64,000 nucleotides of DNA from Tubulanus polymorphus. Taxonomy: Eukaryota; Animalia; Nemertea. Positions 22,301 to 49,423 of this stretch are shown here, piece after piece. The notes below the pieces were generated by a model. That model saw only the letters and a list, made by a program, of their open reading frames with translations, had not been told where the DNA came from and made no database searches. The stretch lies in NCBI RefSeq assembly GCF_964204645.1, contig NC_134025.1, positions 21,990,299 to 22,054,298 on the forward strand. The letters are read 5' to 3'. Each line of letters opens with the position of its first letter. The first letter of the stretch is position 1. The position numbers and the translations under genes are program-made.

Positions 22301-25300
22301 ATTGAAGAATCTGGACGCATTATAGATTCATCTTTTTTTGTGAATTTTTGTCGAACGTTGATGTGGAGTTGTCTTTTGTTCTTTTTTCCAGGGACAAGAT
22401 TCATACTTTAGATGCTAAACTGGTGAAAGGTCCGCTTGAGATTATGAAACGAGGAATTACACGATCGAACTACGTTAGATTAAACAATAAGGTGAACATT
22501 TTAATACTCACTGTTATATAGTGATATGCACTATGGGTATGAAATAGCTCCCTGTTTCTGGTTCTGCCACCATGCCCTCTGATTGTAGTCCAAGCTCGCT
22601 TAATTCATCGTCATTTGGTGACAGTTTTTATGTTGATAATTTATTCAAATGAAAACTTACACTTACTCAATTTTGAAATACGAATTGGGAAATTATGGAC
22701 TGAAGCATTGTTACAACTCACTTGATGACGGCCTAACAAAGTTTGACTGTATATTAATTCTTACCTTGTAGTTGAAGTTGATGTCAACAGTACATCAGAC
22801 ACAGCCCACAATTCAGATGTTGCTGGCCACGAATGAGTTTGTAGGTGCCTTAGATTTGATATCAACCACGCAAGAAGTACTAACACAGGAACTGGCGGGT
22901 GTTACGTGCTTCAGGTAAGCGCTTGAGTGAAAAAATCTACTTTTACATTGAAACCCGCTTAATCTGGATTTTGGTCTAATCCAGACATTATTTGCAGTCC
23001 ATTCGTTCATTAATATACAAGAAAATTACTATTTATCTGGGTTTCCTGTAAACCGGATGAATTTGTTGGTCCCAAATTATGTGATTTAAGCGGGTTCTAC
23101 AGTATTTGTGATTTACGGTTGTGATCACGATTATCTAGATGTCTACTTAAGGAATGATGTGAAAAAACTGTCTGTATTTGGTCTTAGACTTAGAGAGTTA
23201 TAGGCTGGGGGTAAACATACCAATTTGATGGAACATTTCAGACACCTCGGTTCCCAATTAGCTGAGATGGAGAAATTGATCGAGAAAATGATGCACGAAG
23301 ATTTCGTTCGGTTTGTCTCATCCGATCTGAATCGAGTCGTTGAGGAAGGCACCAGTATCATGGATCAAGTAAGACTTATACGTTCGAAAATGTGCTAGGA
23401 TATATCAGAACTAAATAGGAGTTCGGCAAACAGCTTATCGCTGCGATTGGCAAATCTTTTACAAATCGATATTATTTTACTGTTATACCGGTGGATATGT
23501 TGTCTTTCAGGATCGATTAGTGTGTATACTGCTGGGTTTATTGCGTCAACACCGTTCCCAGTTCATCGAAATATACAGAGATGAAGCGTACACGACTCTG
23601 AAAGCGGTTCTCAAACAGGTAGCAATGATATGGAAGCGTTGAATCAATTATTAGTCATGTTTGTATCTTCGATCAAAATGCTTGCACATAATAGCGCATT
23701 TTTAGTTTACTTCCCCTTCGATTTTTAGACTGTTATCATGGCTGTCTCAGAAGCAGATGATGTTGATACAGAAGGCAATGTGGGAAGGTAAGTTCATAAA
23801 AGCATCTTTAAAAATTTCAAGGATTTTATTAAGGTTTCTATGATTTAATTGCCAGTATCAATTGTATTGGCAAAAAACCAACATTGGTACGAATGCTTTT
23901 TAAAGAATTGTGCATTAGAGACGAACAAATTTATGACTTCTGTGATAATGATGATTTGTCATATACTTTGTAGTTTGGCAGATCAGATGAGACTTCTGAA
24001 CTACGCTTTATGGATGGAACTGTTAGATCAAGTTTTCAAGAATTTGCTAGTTATTATAAATCGAGCAAAGGTATGTTACTAGCTTTGCGCGTAAGAAATA
24101 TCCAATGATAAAACACAATTTTTTATGTGTAAAGAGTATATGAATAAATCTGTAACGACTCCGAAAGGATATGGTGGAATAGTCATGTCTGCTATAACTT
24201 GTCATGTATGGGATTAACAGTTTAATTCTGATATATCTGGCACCGTATGTCATATTAATCCTATCAATAATTTCAGTCATTCTATAAAGTTGTACTGGAA
24301 GTGATTAATATGTCCTCTGCTAATTCCAAATCGGAGACCTTCAGTCAACATAGTGATAGTGACGACGAACAAAAAAGCATCTGCTTAAACGTGTAAGTAT
24401 ATGAATCCAATCCCACTTATTCGGTGACATCTTGATGTAATTTTGGGCAGGGGCAGTGAGGGAGGTAAAAAATGTAGCCGTGGCCATTCGTGCTATTAAA
24501 GGAAAATGCCCCTCTCCCAACTATTGCTGTAGACACTGAATGGAAATTTGTCATTTTCTTTCTTTCCCTACATATTATACTTGCATAACTGTGTACGTAC
24601 TTCACATAGTAGATTGAATTAGCATAACCAAATGAACCCGAAGCTAACCTGAGAGTAGTAAGGGCAGTTCCAGGGCATTTTCAGACAGTATTTGATGGAC
24701 ATTTTCACATTCAAAGGGAACCTGTAAATGATACATGATCCATCTCTCGCAAGTTCCAACAGTGCGAAGCAGAAAATTCGAAAAATTTCATTCCAATTTG
24801 GTGCATTCTGCTGATGTTCGGAGGGGCACCACAAAAGATTCGATCATATTTGAAAATAAAGAAAATACAGTCTGAATCCACCCCTGAGTCGGAATCTACA
24901 ACTATTTCGCTTAAACCACAGAGATGACGGTGCTGAAGTTATGATAACTGACGACGAATGTTCCAGAGTGCGGACTGGTGTCAAAGATATGTTGGGTCAA
25001 ATATGTGATCAGGCCCATGACCGTTGTGTCAAATTACTTACGGCCCGAAGTAAGGTAGGTACCAGTATGTCGGACAACTACATGAACGTTTTAAACCAAA
25101 ATAGCATCGTTTGAAAAATTCAAAATACAATGTACGGGTTTACTTCTTAATTAATAGGATCAATTTTTGGAGAAGTTGAGTTCTTCTGAATTTGTTCGGT
25201 TGTCTCGTTCAATTGAACGCTTTGTTACGGATTGTGCTGTTATTTGCGGGCGCAGGAGCACATCACTACGCGGGTGCTTACAGAGTCAGGTATGCGATTT

Positions 25301-28300
25301 AATCGAATTTCAGATTTATTCGTCCAGTTTTATGGACATATATGTACTGAAGCGGGGAAGTCCTGCCTTCACTCTTTCTCAACCTGAAGGAAACAAAAAA
25401 ATACTCCTCAAAGTTGTACGTACTTCCTGTTCAATTTAACTGCTGATTTACGACAATAATGCTGCCACTGTTTACTGTTAAAGGCGACTTATCATTTTAT
25501 TTTTAGGCAAATAAATTTGTAAATAGATTCCATGAAGAGCGAAAAACTAAGCTCAGGTAAAGTAAAACCGCTACTTAAATCACTTACAGCTGTATCTAAG
25601 GCATGTATTTGGTCAGGAGAATTGGAAATTGTATTAATAGAGGGCAAACATGTAGATAATTAATTGTTTACATGCCTGTAAAACATGCCTTCTTTATAAT
25701 CAAGTCAGTGGGTTATTGTTAGCTGTAAGAAGATTACATAGGTAGCTTACTGCTGGAGGGAGAAGAAAAGCTAGAGTACTGAGAATGTTTGGGGTTTCTT
25801 GAAGGATCTCAGTTTTTACATTGCGTTCTGTCCACAGCATTAAAATCATTTGGATAAAGCTTCTGGCTATGTGAGAAACAAATTTAAACAGAATTGTTAT
25901 ATTTTGTTTACAGTCTCATCCTGGACAACGAACGTTGGAAACAAGCCGATGTACCCTATGAATTCCAACAAATAGTCAGTCACATAACGAAATCAGGTTA
26001 GCATAGTCTGCACGTCCATTAGTATTTCTTGTTCTTCCCTGAAATATCTGCACAATACGGTATCAGTTCAATATCTCTACCGGTAATATTGATTTGTTTG
26101 ATTTTACAGATCGATTGATTCCACTAGATAGCAAATTGTTGGACAATGGTAAATATCTATTCGTATTTTTGTAACGGAATTTGCCGTAAAACTGGCCATT
26201 CATTATCGAACACTAGTTGCCTGTAGTTTAGGAGACTCCATACGGGTACACAGAAATTTTGCCAATTTTTGAGGAGAAAAAAGTTGGAAGATCTCATTGT
26301 TCACTATTGAAGGTCATGCACAAATTGTAATGAAGAAATTGTGCCAATCCTTAAGCCCTTATCTTACCGTATGTTAGTGTACACAGTGCGTGCTACAGAA
26401 AATGTTTTCATATCTGCTTCAGATAAAAAGCCATCAGATTTTTTGGAAGTGAATGGTGAAACGTACGCGGTTGTTGGGTGAGTTCGGAATCACTAATGCG
26501 TCATTAGTTACGAGATGATCATGAACGAGATTCGGGGTAAAGTTTTGCCGAATTGTTGACACATATTTTTTCTTGTAGAACCGTATTGATGTTGTTGAGG
26601 ATAGTACTAGAATATTGCCAGTGCGTTGAAGACATTCCATCGGCAGTTCCGGATATTTTATCGAGACTTATTGAATTATTGAAGGTGTGTTCTCATAACA
26701 AACCTATGTTATCCAAAAATGCAAAAAAGACTATGATTGATGTATATTTGAACAGTTTTCCTTTTGTCATGCAGATATTCAATTCTCGGTCTTGTCAATT
26801 GGTACTCGGCGCTGGTGCGCTTCAGTTAGTCGGACTTAAAACTATTTCTACGAAAAACCTCGGTAAATAAATAACAATAAGTATATAAACAACATTCAAG
26901 AGATTTACCCGCGAGTGTATAACATATTCGTTAGCAGCCTGCTTGGGACGTAATTCCCTGTGGGCTATTGCGGTCACATTTCATCTCTTTCTTACCACGA
27001 TCAATTGTAAAATTGTTGCTGGTGACATAGTCTATGAATTTGGTGAGTTTCAAGGTCATTCGTTTCTGTATATACTCACCAGGGGGCGTTGAATGTTGAA
27101 ATTGTCAGATTGTCGACCATTTCAGACCACTTTCCAAATGGGCATGGATTCCTGAGGCGCTTTAGAAGCAATTTTTGATTGCCGCGGCCAATTGTCGAAT
27201 TTTGATAGGTTTTTATATGTTGCCGCCGTAAATTTACTTCAATTTTGACAAAAAGATGGTATTCAAGGAAAAATGACGTCATTCAGCGAATTATTGTCTC
27301 GGCCTTAACATCTGCAGTCACTCACTCCCAACGCCACTGTTCCCTAGACCTTTAGTTTCTTATTCCTATTATATTATTGTTTACTTGTTCCCACTATATC
27401 AATTTCTTTGATTGTCTTCCAGCATTAGCCTCCCGATGTTTACAACTTATCGTGTTATACATACCAAAAGTGAAGGTCCATTTCGAAAAACTACTGCAGG
27501 GGAAACAAGTGAACATGTTGAAACACTTTGACCAAGTTGAGAAGGTAGGAGTTATCATCAAAATATTCTTATTTTGACCAAAACTGTGGCCGAAACGCAA
27601 CTGATGCTCTCTGTTGATGATATAAACGATAAGCAGAAAACCAATGAATGACCATCGTAGTGAAATTATTGATATGATATGTTGTATCAATTCTAGGATT
27701 ATAAGGACCACATTGATGAGATCTCAAATAAGCTAGTCACCATTATGGAAAGTATGATTACCATGCATTTAGGAAAGGTATGTAAATGTATTGTACGACT
27801 TTTGGTGAAATAATCCTGTTTAATCTTCACACATTTTGATAGTCCATTTATCTCAATTGTGGATTCATTTCATTGGTCTAAAATAACCAGATCTGGATCA
27901 AGTTAAGTTTACGGTTATGCATAACATACTGATATTTCATTTTAGTGGGAAGTTAAAGCACCTATGCCATCTCCATGTTTTCGAGCTTTATCTAAACAAA
28001 TGTTGAAACTAAACGAAGCTATTGCGGACATATTGCCTTCTAGTCAAGTTCGGGTAAGTCAGCTACCGGTATGCCCACTGAAAGTCTATCGTCAACATTA
28101 ATACACTATTCTGTATTAAAAGTTTCGTGTTTCATTTTGTTTAGAATCTATTGATGCGAATACATCAATCATTCAAACGACAATTGAACTCACAGTTAAA
28201 AAGATTAAACGTCAGTAACGACAACGGACCACAACACGGGTAACTATTGAAAACTCTTTTACTTTTCCCTCTTAGTTCAGTTTAAACATTTATCAGGCAT

Positions 28301-29286
28301 TTTGTTCTCTGGCTTTGACAAAAACCACTGAAGCGCTATTAATCGCTAAATAATTGTAATGACCCAGTTTAAGAATGTATCTAGACATATTTCCAATCTT
28401 CTAGCAAGAATTTTGGTCAGGAATTGTAGTTCTGATTTCACAAAAACGGATAAATGTCCTTTGTCGCAAATGGTTTTGTTCGAACTAGAATTGAGCCTTA
28501 GAAACTATTCATCCAGGGCCTGTTTTATAAACATCTGGACCCAGTTCCACAGTTGTGAGTTAAGATTTGTCTCAGAGTTAACTCATTGAAAATTAACTAA
28601 TTTTAACTCAGAGTTAACTCTAACTCACGACTGTGGAACTGGATCCGGGCTAGTTCCAGTTTGCATGAGTTAGAATTAGTCCATTTGCAATGAGATAGAT
28701 ATCTCTATAGAGCCATACAAACTCACGTTCTGTGATTTTAAGTTTTACCCGAGGATAGTGCTATTCCGCTTGGCGTTCATTGCGCCATCTGAGTACCGGT
28801 ATGAGATTTCAGTGTCATCTTTCCTGAACTTCTCAAACACAGTTACTCTGATAAATAAACAGTGGCAATACCATGTATGCATTTGTACTAATGGAGGATT
28901 ATTTAGGTCATTTAGTTTAGATTTTCGTAAAACTGGACCCATGAGGAAATCGGTCTATAAAACCAGCTCTTGGGGCCGGTTCCACAGTTGTGACTCGAGT
29001 CCAAAAGTTGTTTCAAATCTTAAGACTGGTCTTTAATTGTTTATTGGTCTTAGTTGGTCTTACACTGGTCTTAAGTCTAAGCTATGACTATGGAACTGGC
29101 CCCAGCTGGTGAGCAGAGAATTAACTTGACTTAATACCGCTAGTGTAACACATCACGCATATGTTTGTACATGTACATGGATTTTTCAGGCTGGTGACAT
29201 CAGATTTAGCGTTTTATATGGGAAATCTCAAATCGATACCTTGTATGATGAATATAGAAGATAATACGAATGATATTTGGAGATGA
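19336..29286 (+). CDS. VPS54: GARP complex subunit VPS54, >20 exons
   Basis: Motifs NLPAVLNDPR, SSKLLQEK|LSHYLDIIEVQIARQISMRSDAFFHAMTSQD, TVHQTQPTIQMLLATNEFVGALDLI, FRHLGSQLAEMEKLI, FHEERKTKL|SLILDNERWKQADVP, FNSRSCQLVLGAGALQLVGLKTISTKNL and WEVKAPMPSPCFR. Final exon GLVTSDLAFYMGNL..DIWR* with TGA at 29284-29286. First exon 19336-19642. AATAAA at 29515-29520. Confidence 0.95.
19966..20327. repeat. ~160-170-bp tandem duplication (2 copies plus a partial) in VPS54 intron 1
   Basis: TTTAGGTAGTGTAA(G/A)GGATAAAA starts three times (~19966, ~20138, ~20297). The GTTGCTAAGCTTGTCCCTATGACTCCTTGATTC..GGGTCCAGAAT block occurs twice. Confidence 0.9.
22946..23102. mobile_element. Degenerate Tc1/mariner-pogo type MITE
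   Basis: TA|CATTGAAACCCGCTTAATC ... GATTTAAGCGGGTTCTACAG|TA inverted termini flanked by TA. Confidence 0.55.
28535..28649. mobile_element. Palindromic MITE-like element
   Basis: CTGGACCCAGTTCCACAGTTGTGAGTTA ... TAACTCACGACTGTGGAACTGGATCCGG inverted arms. Confidence 0.7.
28970..29105. mobile_element. Palindromic MITE-like element with internal TGGTCTTA repeats
   Basis: TGGGGCCGGTTCCACAGTTGTGACT ... ATGACTATGGAACTGGCCCCAG. Termini are related to the 28535 element. Confidence 0.7.
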
Positions 29287-31444
29287 TGATAATAATACAT
29301 ATCTGGTTTTACCTCTTCATACGTGTGTTGTTTTTACTGTGCAATGAAGAATATCTATTCTGCAGTTTTATTGTTATTTGCGGCACACCGCAAAAAAATG
29401 ATATCGCCAATGATGACGAAATATTAAAACCGTAAATCTTAAATATGATTATTTATATTCGGGAAAGGAATGAGGGATGTATATGTGTATATTATTGTGA
29501 TATTGATATGTATAAATAAAGCATTATATATATTGTTAAGAATGTGTTATTATTTTTCATTATTGGTATATCGATGTATCCCTCCTTTCCTGCTTCTTTC
29601 CTGATCCGGAGTATTTCTCCTTGATATCCTGTGGAGACGAGTGCATATGTGGATAATGTATACAGATATCTGAGTTAAATTTGTGTCATTTATTTGCTTT
29701 TACTTTCCTCGAGACCATCGTTTTTCACCTATCACAGTAACTAGTCGCACTGTTGAAACTTAGGTCCTGGCTTAAGTCTGGAAATCAGTGTGCTGACGCT
29801 ATGCTTATCATTAGTGGATTTTCTATAAACTAACATGAAGTGTTTCTGGCAATCAACCCATGCCGGTTTTTGACAAATCTTCCTTAGACGCATTCAGCGC
29901 TAGCACCCCATAGTGCAGGGAGACAGCACTTAGATTGCCAGTCAGTTCATTCAGATAACATTCCACTCAATTCAGAAATAATCTTCCATAAGAAATTATA
30001 AACCATGCAAGTAGACTCCTAAATCAATTGGGGCCAGTGATATTGGTAAGAATTAGGAGATAATTCAAGTTACTACAGTAGAAATTACTTAATTCAGATG
30101 ACTATTCGACTGTATAAGATTCTAATAGTAAGAGACTAATGTACAACTGCCAATAGATGTTGAGATACAGCCCTTCCGGATTTTCCAATGCTGAAGACAC
30201 CGTCCAGGGATTCACATCCATAACAATATAGTGAAAAGTACAAATCATTTGCGGTTATATTATTTTATTATAACAACTCTACTATAGCACCACCTGTAGT
30301 TTTAAGGTATCCATTCTGACATACAATAAATGTCACAAACATCATCATAAACTGAACATAAGTAGTTGATCTTCTATTGACATTACGTGAAGTGCATATA
30401 CTGGTACATGATACACCGGTGTAAAGATTGGGCATGCATTTTGTGCGTACTAACTACTGTTTGAGTACATATATTTTTTTCTCATCCGAAAAGTCGTGAG
30501 TGCAAGATGTTATTAGCTTTGAACTTACGTACAAATACCGGTACTTAGAAATTTGACGTGTGAAAAATATGTAAATCAAATGATTTGCTACGATGCTTTT
30601 TCTCAATGGATCACATTTTTGAAGTACATTTACATCTTTGATAGTCTCAAATACAACATAAAACAATATACGTTCTCTGAATAATGCACAGCAATGTGTC
30701 GATGTAGAAATTTCATAAAACAAGCACTGAATCTAAAACATATACAAAGTTAACATCCCTTGATAAACCGAAATTGGTCCACGGACATAGCGCCCACTTG
30801 GCGAGATACTTGACAATCTGACAAATTCAATATGCAATGCCCCCTGACCTTGAAACTCGCCAAAATCGTAGAACATGACATGAGCTACTTTGCGATTGTG
30901 GTTACATTTTACACATACCCAAAATTGAGGCCAAATAAGATAATCCATTGAAACTTCCCAAAATAACTGGATTCGGTCTACAGATGAACGAAAGGTGAAT
31001 GCAAAGCCCTTGACCCAATTGAGCTAATACTCTATCTACGCTTACATCAAGCCCTATCATCCACATTATCATCATAATCTTTGCGGATCAATTGTGAAAA
31101 TTCGACGAGTAATTAATAAGTAAGGATGGCACATTTCGAGGAAAACTTCTGTACACCAGAATTTGGACATTCCAAACCATAACACATAAGAAAAGTCTTT
31201 TCATCAAAAATGAAGAAGGATTTGGTTATCCCAGCCACAGTGATCGAAACATCCGAAATGCAATATAGAATTCGTAAAAATTTAACAAAGAATAATCATA
31301 AATAGGAAAAGATAAATAAAATTCAATGTTGTTTGTTGCCAGATTTAGCATGATAACTAATAAGCGATCTGTATTGTACACTATATTTCATATGCACTCT
31401 ACATCATCCATCTATAGCATAAAAGGAACTCTAGATCGATATCA

Positions 31445-44357
<12,913 letters not shown>

Positions 44358-45242
44358 CGGTTCGCCGCGAACGGTTCCTCCGTAATTACGGCACGCGAGA
44401 CCGATATCCTGCATTACGCGCGCGCAAAATCACAGCTTACACACACACACAGAATCGACGAATTAGCGAGACTAAAACACTATAACGAATGTCAAGGAGA
44501 GACACGATATATAGATATATAATTGAACCGTACCAGCTGGCGCGAAGGCAAGAATGCCGCGCACGCTGGCTTTCAATCGATTGCAACGCGAGCATCATTT
44601 TTTTCCTCTTTCGTTTTTTTCTAATCAAAGCAAATATCCTATTGTTCGAACGCGTGTTGTTTTCACTATTCCGTCGATAAACCCATGATAAAAAGCTTAC
44701 ATCGCGCGGAGATGTATTCATGTCGCACGGTGATGTACCTACATCGCGTGGTGATGTAATAGTCCGGTATTGAGGATAAAGCCGCTATCTCATGAGCATT
44801 TCTGGCCCCTGACGAGTTAAGCGCGGAACAAATGTTCACAGTTCACACAGGTGCAAACGGGCCATGTCGGACCAGGCCTGAGCCAAATTCAAGCACATGT
44901 CAAAATCATTGCGAAGTGTGAATTGCAACTGGTTCCGGAAATAACGGAGCAAGATCTGACGGTCAAGATCAGCGCAATTTAATGAACTATTTTACAGTCG
45001 TTGCTAGTCGCCATTTTGTTAGGGTATTTTAGTCTTGTATTGTTGGGTTATTTTTTCCCGTTTTTGAAAACTATTTGCAGCGCATGTTTTATCATATTTC
45101 GCTGGTCCTTAGATGGATTTTGAAAGCTTCTGCGACAATCTGACAACAAAACTCCGATATGAATTATCAAGGTAGCAAAGGAATCTAATAAATTCAACAC
45201 AACCAATCATACTAGTATGGTCTATTATACCGGTACGAGTGT

Positions 45243-45570
45243 GGAGCGGTGTGGGCGAGTGGTTAGAGCGTTCGACTCTGGGAAGCCAGGTCATGGATTC
45301 GAGCCTCGTACATTGACGTAGTGTCCCCGAGCAAGGCGCTTATCCTCATAGCCGCTCTCCACCCAGGAGTAAATGGGTACCTGACCTGATATATAACTCC
45401 CGAGCGCCTAGTAGCAGCTCGGATGTTTCTTCTACCAATAAATGGTTAGAGTTATAAATAGGCTGGGCGCCAATAGTATGGATTTAATTGAACTTTGTAT
45501 CACAGTGAAAAGGGCACTATAGGTATTAAATTACTATTAGTATTACTACTTACTATTAAAACTTACTATG
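45243..45570 (+). mobile_element. tRNA-derived SINE with conserved central domain
   Basis: A box TGGGCGAGTGG (~45252) and B box GGATTCGAGCC (~45295). Then GTGTCCCCGAGCAAGGCGCTT and CTCCACCCAGGAGTAAATGGGTACC, resembling recalled V/Meta-type SINE central domains, and a TTACTA-rich tail. It does not fold as a full tRNA. Confidence 0.75.
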
Positions 45571-46801
45571 AAAACTCAAAGGTAAATCTAAATTATACAT
45601 CATCTGAGCCTAATACACAACCACCTGCCTTTTGGTTCCGGCAAAATGATTACTGATGATTGTTATAGTGGAACCTCGAGAGTATACCCAGCCCTAATTT
45701 CGACTTATAAGTCACTTTATATGAAATGATTACATACGTAACACCAAGAATACTAGAACAAGAACGTTTCCACGGAATTAACAGTTACAAAACTGGATTT
45801 AAAAGTGATTTTTTTTTTTACCACGCAGCAATTAGAAGGTTGGCAAGTAAAATTTGGTGACTAGACATAACTCGTATTAGTTGAAACAGTTTGTTAAGGT
45901 TTTCAATAGTCGATATCTTTAACTTTATTCAATCAAATGGTTAGGCCTACAAAATATGCTTAATCTGGATCAGTTTAATCCGCAGTTATTTCACTATTGA
46001 TCCACTTCAAAGAGCTTAAAATACATATATTGTACAATACATTCGGTTTCTGAATGATTGGAATAAATTTGTAACGAGGTTGCGCTCTGCAGTTATTTAT
46101 CAAGATGACTTCATGCGTCAATGTATACGTAGCTGTTTTATTGATGACAGATACAAATATTTATAAAGATGACATCTTTCGCTCAGCTTACAGGCACAGT
46201 AACGCTATAGATTTAATTAAATCCAACGCAACATATTATATTACTTAGCCATATCATTTATCTCCCGTTATATGCATTGCCTCCGTTAAATAATTGGACC
46301 CAAATCGAAGCCTTATTTAGATCGAATTCATGGCAAAGACATGCTACTATTGGGACAATAGCGTGTATGAATTCATGTTTTCATGCTAGAAAATGAAGAA
46401 ATTGATGAAAATTGTTAATTTTTAAGATAAAGAGCGATGGGGCAGTAGCGGGTACGAATTCACGTTTTCGCCCAAGAAAATGAAGAAATTAACAATTTCA
46501 CAACCATACTCTAGATAATTCATAATTCACGTATTGAATTCATAAAATTGTTAATTTCTATGAAAGAGTGATATAAGTAGCAACAACCCAACTATGCCAC
46601 TCAAAATCATAACATACAGGCAAATGAATGTCTAACACGTAGCCTCAGAAACATGTGTCGATAAACCATTCAACTCTGACCAAATGACGTTCGAATCCCC
46701 GTCCCGCTCCATTTGTTGATTGCAGAGAAATTCACGGAAAACATACCAGGAGATCGAAGTCACGCTGATTATAGCTGCACTATCACTAGTTAGACGGCAC
46801 C

Positions 46802-47030
46802 CAGGGCCACCAACCTCTGAAAAGTGCTATAGTAACAAACTGAATTTTTTTCAGTAACGTTTCATTGAAATATGAAAGAAAATGATCAAATAGGCCTAAT
46901 CAATAATCAACAATAAGACCCTCAGTAACATCTTTCATATTTCTGTATACATCAAACCAATCAAACCAGTTTTTTGTTGTTGTTATAAAATAGTAACAAA
47001 TACTGAAAATCAGGAACAGTTGGCAGCTCT
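46802..47030. mobile_element. Second copy of the ~215-230-bp TIR element
   Basis: CAGGGCCACCAACCTCTGAAAAGTGCTAT ... AATCAGGAACAGTTGGCAGCTCTG, collinear with 43830-44044. Confidence 0.8.
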
Positions 47031-49155
47031 GCACCTCGAACATACCAAATTTGGAAAGGGCTAAGTCACATACATTTTACTGAATTGGCTACAGAGAGTT
47101 ATGACTGGACCCGCAAGATGTTGCCGGGAGTATTTTGCCCCAACATTTATGAGTCCCCAGCAATTATTCGTTTCAAAAATTTTGATGACTGCTGTTAATC
47201 ATTATATCTCTGTACACATCAATCAACAGTAAATTCTAAGAGATTTTCTAAACAATTAAAATGGATAGGCCTATAGCCTATACTCCGCGAGCGACACACG
47301 CAATAGACAGATTTTAAGATAAAAGAATAATAATAATCCATCAGTCAATACAGACATAAATTTTTAGGAAATGTAGAAATTATATGAAATCTGAAATTAG
47401 TTTGATGACGAATTGGTGACCATTTTATTTATTACAATTAAATTCATAACCCCAGAGTACGATTTAGAGTTGACCTGGAACCAGTTGCTGTCCACACATA
47501 CAGATGTAGTCCGTTCTAAAATTTAGAACGGACCTGGACCAGTCTTTTAGGTTGGATTTTAATTGGATTGGTCTAAAATGGAAGGGACCAATTTAGAATG
47601 GACAGTGTGAACGCTTGGTCCATTGGAACGGGTCAAATTTTGACCACAAGTACCTCATAAATTCAGTTTTTCATAGGAAATATTTCCTTGATTTCACAAA
47701 ATCATGCAGGAGTCAAAATTTAACTCTTCACATAAAAATCTATTACCCTCGCTATAATAAGGGTAGGCCTACAGAGTTACAAAAGGCAAAACAAAAAGTT
47801 AACCTAAAGGCAAAAATAATCAATTCACCATCCACTTCGAATGCATGTAGGCCTACAATACGATTATCTGCTTTGCATGATTGGAATGAATCTACTGGTA
47901 CTTCGTCCAAAATGACGCCTACTGGTATCAGATACTACTGAGGTAGGAAGGCCTACTATTGACCTCTTATTGATTGACATCAGTATATTAGTTATGGGTT
48001 ATATACGGACACAACTACGAAACAGAACACCAAAGTTCTAATTGTTACACTGCTAAGTTATCATTAATTTCTGACAATACCCTTGAGCATTACACCCTAA
48101 AGGCTAGCTTATGTCAGGCTACAACACAAAGGGTACCCACGCAACTGGGAGGAAATGCCACCTTTTGGCAGCTTAGTTTAATGTTGGCTGCACTTTATTT
48201 CCAGCAACTAGCGCGATATGATCTGCGGCCATTTGCCAAGACCTGCTAAAGCCGGGTGACTGCCGATCGCCGGTCACAGCAACACCAGCAATCGGGAGTG
48301 ATTTTATAGACCAGAAAAAATTTGTGATCACGCTTGCACAACTAGCAAGCCATTTTTCTGTTAAGGGTGAAGGACCTGAGGAGTAAACTTTTGTATGATA
48401 TAAACATCTACTTTAGAATAGAAGTTCTTTTTTGAAGAAGAAAAATATGAACATAATAAATCCCCCAAAAATGTTATTAGGGTAACTCCACGTAATTTCG
48501 GAAGGTATTTTCGGATGCGCTGTTTTGACGGATGATTTTCGACATGAACAAATGCCGTTGGAAGGTGGATATTTTTACAGCCTGATATTTCTGCTTCCAA
48601 ATATTACTCCAGAATCGATTTGAAATATATCCATTAAAATAACTTACCAGTATGAGACATTTATAGAGACAACATAATTTCGGAAGCCCGGGTTACGTAA
48701 TTTCGGAAATAGTCAACATAAATTCGGAAATGCATATATTCGTTATTTTTGTGTATGCGTTCTATGAAACTAGGCTAGAACGTATTTGGGTTATACTAAT
48801 TGCTTCTACAGGGGTGGCAGCATTTAGTAACAGCTGGTTAGATCAGAAACATCTAGGGACAAGACACCATTTGGGTTCGAATCCCATAAATATTTTTTTT
48901 ATCCGAGTGGAATTTCCAGCAATTGTATGAATTTCTACAGCCTACTAGATGGTGGATATGGTAATCCCAATTCACCAAGATAAAAGGAAGACCGTTAGAA
49001 ATGCAGCAACCGTCGAGAAGGTACATGTAATAAACTGATTAACTAACATGTAATGTAGGCCTAAAAGGCGTAACAGAAAGTAATAAATTTTTATTGCACT
49101 ATTTATAAACATTTTTAAGACTAGATGAGTAACAAAAAGAGTAACAAAAAACAAA

Positions 49156-49365
49156 CATACATAGGCCTACATATATACACATACATACATACATAAATAC
49201 ATACACACATACATAAATACTTGGTAAATACATACATACATACACACATACATAAATATATACATAAATACTTGGTAACTACATACACGCATACATAAAT
49301 ACATACACACATACATAAATACATACACACATACATAGATACACGCACACGCACACACGTATATA
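49156..49365. repeat. (ACAT)n/(AC)n compound microsatellite inside the transposon, 3' of the transposase
   Basis: Degenerate ACAT/ATAC repeats. These explain the spurious MYVC/VCMY ORFs. Confidence 0.9.
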
Positions 49366-49423
49366 CAATACAATAGCAATACAACTTTAAGGCCTCTCTA
49401 CGTAACAAAACGTAGTAAGCCTA

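Noticed and set aside
24610-24920. Possible additional VPS54 exon
   Set aside because: Candidate acceptors lead to stops, and the flanking exons (ending ~24392 and starting 24922) join in frame.
45243-45315. Possible tRNA gene
   Set aside because: A and B boxes are present but there is no acceptor stem, and it continues into a SINE body; called as a SINE.
46688-46711. GTTCGAATCCCCGTCCCGCTCCA resembling a tRNA 3' end
   Set aside because: No matching 5' acceptor strand, D arm or A box; at most a tRNA/SINE fragment.
49121-49408. ORFs with MYVC/VCMY repeats
   Set aside because: Translations of the (ACAT)n microsatellite.
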